DNA of 64,000 nt from Candidatus Hodarchaeota archaeon (GTDB taxonomy: Archaea > Asgardarchaeota > Lokiarchaeia > Sigyniarchaeales > SOKP01): assembly GCA_048886685.1 (NCBI GenBank), contig JBHLKM010000002.1, forward strand, positions 103,532 to 167,531, in the 5' to 3' direction. Shown here in pieces: positions 61,353-64,000 of this stretch. A program made the position numbers and the translations under genes. Every line of letters begins with the position of its first letter. Position 1 is the stretch's first letter. The notes under the pieces are model-generated. The model saw nothing but the letters and a program-made list of their open reading frames with translations. It did not search any database and had not been told where the DNA came from.

Positions 61353-63332
61353 TTAAACCAATTTTTGCTTCCAACTTTCTATCTGCGCGATAATTTGTTT
61401 TGTATCGTTTTCATTTAATAAAGCATCACTATATCTATATTGGTTTATTAAGCTTCTTAATTCATGTAAAGTAACAGAAAATCCTCTTTTTTCAAGAACA
61501 AGATCAGCAATTTTTTGTAGTTCCTTGCTAAATTCTTCTCCTTTTATATTAACTAATTTGTTAACCAAATTATTAAATGCATTATTGATTATTAAACCAG
61601 CTTCATCTCCTTTTTTTCTGGTACTTGTCGACACAAATTTTATTTTTTCCTGTAATTTTTGTTTTATATTTTCAACATCTTCTTGATATGTAGGTACTTC
61701 AGTTGGTATCTTTTGAGGTTCAACTTCTTTTCTAGTTTTTTGCGCCCTCTCTTCCTGAATTTTTTCTTGTTTTTGCTCTGTCTCCACAGTTTGGAATTTA
61801 GGTGTTGATATTGGTTTAACCTTTTTATAAAGATCTGCATCTACTTTTTTACCGAGTCTATGTTTGCTTGGTGTTGCTTGAGCTTTCTGTGAAGCATAAA
61901 ATGTATCCGTATAAGCACTTTCCCATAAGTTTTGTATTATTGGGCTTAACAATTCGATTAATGGTTTGAAGTTACTCCCTATTCCAATAAAGTTATTTAA
62001 TGCATTTTTTGCCTGTTGTTGAATTACACCAATAGTGATTTGAGTGTCATCACCTTTTAATGCGATCACGTTCTCGTTTTCAAGAGTTTTATAGATTATA
62101 TTCGCAATAGAAGTTAAATTCTTAACGCTGCTATTTGTATGCGGTTCTGATGATGCGATTTTTATTTTTAAGCTCTTTGGGATTTTATCAAACTGTTCAA
62201 CTGCTATATGATTTTCGAGTTGTGGAATTATAATTGTTAATTCCTCTTTCGTAGTCGTAATAAATTTTTGTATCTCTTCATTTACGTTGGTAAGGCTATT
62301 GATAGCCCAAATATTGTCTATTGAAAATTTCTCGGAAGATCGCATTTCTTGATAATATTCTTTCATTAGTTTTTCTATTGGTCTATTTAAACTTGAAACT
62401 TCATTTACAGAATTTTGAATGACTGCGTCCAAATTTTCATTTAATTTTATCTTGAGTTTATCCATTTCAGTAGAAAGAAAATCCTTATTTTCTTTAATCA
62501 ATTCATAGATCTTATTCATTTTAGTTTCAAAATTATTTAACATATTGAGGAGTATCAATTTAAAATCATCACGATATTGAAATGTACCATCTATCAACTT
62601 TTCTATTGGTTCGGCAGTTTTTTCAAACTTTTCTTCAATTAATTCGTACAGTTCCATAGAAAATTCTTGTACCATTTTATCTAGTTTATCTTTAAATTTT
62701 TGATCAATAATGTCGATTACTTCATCTTTATGCTTTTTAAAATCTAAAGCGTTAATTTCCTCAGTTATTTCTGATTTAATTTCAGAGATTTTTTTCATTA
62801 AACTAGCAAAATTAGATTGTGTTACAATTTTTATTTGTTGATCTAATTCAGAGATATCCTTACTTAGATTTTTCAATTCTTCCATTCCTTTTACGATATC
62901 CTCTATTTCCTGCTTTTGAATAATAGTATCCTCTTCAATATCTTTTCTGGATTCTTGGAATGAATTAAGGATTGTATCTGATTGAATAAAATTATTTTGC
63001 TGAAAGGTTTGATTTACTTTTTTAACTAATAATTCTCTAATTGCTTCTTTTATCCCTTCTAAATTTGCGTTTATATTTTCATAGTAATTGATTATAGGAA
63101 AAATTGGTGGAATTGCTAAATAATGCAATAATATCTCTTGTTTTTGAGGAATTAATTGAATCAATAATCCTCCATTTATTAACTGAGTCAAATTTTCTTC
63201 AAATTCGTCTTGAGGCAATTCTGGAACTATTGAGTGTAATTCATAATACGTAAGAGGAGATTTTCCTAATGAATTAAGGTAAATCTTAATTGCTTGATTA
63301 GAAAGCTGTAATTTTTTTAAAAAATCTTCCAT
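61353..63332 (-). CDS. TrmB-like HTH + long coiled coil + TrmB-C/PLD-like domain + helical C-terminal domain
   Basis: FLKKLQLSNQAIKIYLNSL...YLAIPP (TrmB N-terminus), about 250 aa of heptads, ALKGDDTQITIG...LWE. ATG 63332 has GGTGA upstream (track start 63356). Confidence 0.8.
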   Translation of the reverse strand: MEDFLKKLQLSNQAIKIYLNSLGKSPLTYYELHSIVPELPQDEFEENLTQLINGGLLIQLIPQKQEILLHYLAIPPIFPIINYYENINANLEGIKEAIRELLVKKVNQTFQQNNFIQSDTILNSFQESRKDIEEDTIIQKQEIEDIVKGMEELKNLSKDISELDQQIKIVTQSNFASLMKKISEIKSEITEEINALDFKKHKDEVIDIIDQKFKDKLDKMVQEFSMELYELIEEKFEKTAEPIEKLIDGTFQYRDDFKLILLNMLNNFETKMNKIYELIKENKDFLSTEMDKLKIKLNENLDAVIQNSVNEVSSLNRPIEKLMKEYYQEMRSSEKFSIDNIWAINSLTNVNEEIQKFITTTKEELTIIIPQLENHIAVEQFDKIPKSLKIKIASSEPHTNSSVKNLTSIANIIYKTLENENVIALKGDDTQITIGVIQQQAKNALNNFIGIGSNFKPLIELLSPIIQNLWESAYTDTFYASQKAQATPSKHRLGKKVDADLYKKVKPISTPKFQTVETEQKQEKIQEERAQKTRKEVEPQKIPTEVPTYQEDVENIKQKLQEKIKFVSTSTRKKGDEAGLIINNAFNNLVNKLVNIKGEEFSKELQKIADLVLEKRGFSVTLHELRSLINQYRYSDALLNENDTKQIIAQIESWKQKLV

Positions 63333-63378
63333 ACTTTTTTCACCAACATACTTCACATATAATATATTTTTCTTAATC

Positions 63379-63426
63379 TTTTCTAAAAAATTTTAAGGTT
63401 TTTATTTTTTCTAAAAAATTTTAAGG
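63379..63426. repeat. Perfect 20-bp direct repeat TTTTCTAAAAAATTTTAAGG (63379-63398, 63407-63426) in a divergent promoter region
   Basis: Seen directly; 28-bp period. Confidence 0.75.
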
Positions 63427-63497
63427 AGGTACCAATATTATGATAAATAATAAAATAACTGTTCTCTACTGATTTTTAACAATTAAATGTGAAGAAA

Positions 63498-64000
63498 ATG
63501 AAAGAAGATGTGTATTTTTATTTAGATTTAACAAAAGAATTACTTAAGAAAAAAGAAATTGTAAAAGCTATAAAATATTACATAGAGGAAAAAAACAAGA
63601 TAAATGTACAGAGCCACTATTCTCTGCTTATTTTCCAAGAGGAAGGGAATCCAATATTTATTAATGATAAAAAAGATGCAGGGATAATTACAAATTCTAT
63701 TGAAGAAAACTGGGGGACTCGACCAAAAAAGAAGAGTTTCTTTGAAAATGGTTTGTTCTATATTTTTTCTTACATAGCTGAGACAGTTAGAAAAAAATCT
63801 AAATTTAATAGAATAATAGTAATTACAGATACTCCTTCTGATTTATCTGAGGATTATCAAGAAGCTCTTTTTAATCTTGTTTCGAAAATAAAAAATTTTC
63901 CTACATTTATAGATATCATCAGAATTTCTGGAACTGACAAACGGTTTTTTAGTGATGATGTTAAATTAAATATGCTAGCAAGCGATACAAAAGGCTCAAT
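63498..64000 (+). CDS. vWA-domain protein (Rpn10/Ssl1/MERIT40-like); 3' end runs off the window
   Basis: Manual translation: MKEDVYFYLDLTKEL...IEEKNKINVQSHYSLLIF...FFENGLFYIF...RIIVITDTP...FIDIIRI...LASDTKGS; open to the window end. Confidence 0.75.
   Translation, partial: MKEDVYFYLDLTKELLKKKEIVKAIKYYIEEKNKINVQSHYSLLIFQEEGNPIFINDKKDAGIITNSIEENWGTRPKKKSFFENGLFYIFSYIAETVRKKSKFNRIIVITDTPSDLSEDYQEALFNLVSKIKNFPTFIDIIRISGTDKRFFSDDVKLNMLASDTKGS

Overview
AT-rich archaeal DNA. Gene content points to an Asgard archaeon, most likely Lokiarchaeia; this is inferred from roadblock, longin, gelsolin and MPN domains, an MglA-like GTPase, a Loki-CTERM-like tail, HdrABC/MvhD and a DUF39 homocysteine enzyme. 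About 55 protein-coding genes are present. I saw no rRNA, tRNA, CRISPR array or transposase. Top observation: a zinc-ribbon/LURP-one (tubby-scramblase) gene at 59665-60405 (-) is interrupted by a 30-nt insert with two in-frame stops (60163-60192). The insert can fold as an archaeal bulge-helix-bulge, and canonical cleavage restores the reading frame exactly, so it is a candidate endonuclease-spliced mRNA intron. Other highlights: (1) a coupled active/inactive MPN (JAMM) gene pair with long coiled coils plus a third active MPN gene; (2) a MERIT40/Rpn10-like vWA gene at the right edge; (3) a longin/DENN-like + 7TM + small GTPase trio; (4) a CopA with a probable internal start for a small metal-binding protein; (5) a tandem pseudokinase-kinase CotH protein. 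All calls come from reading motifs by eye; no database searches were run.
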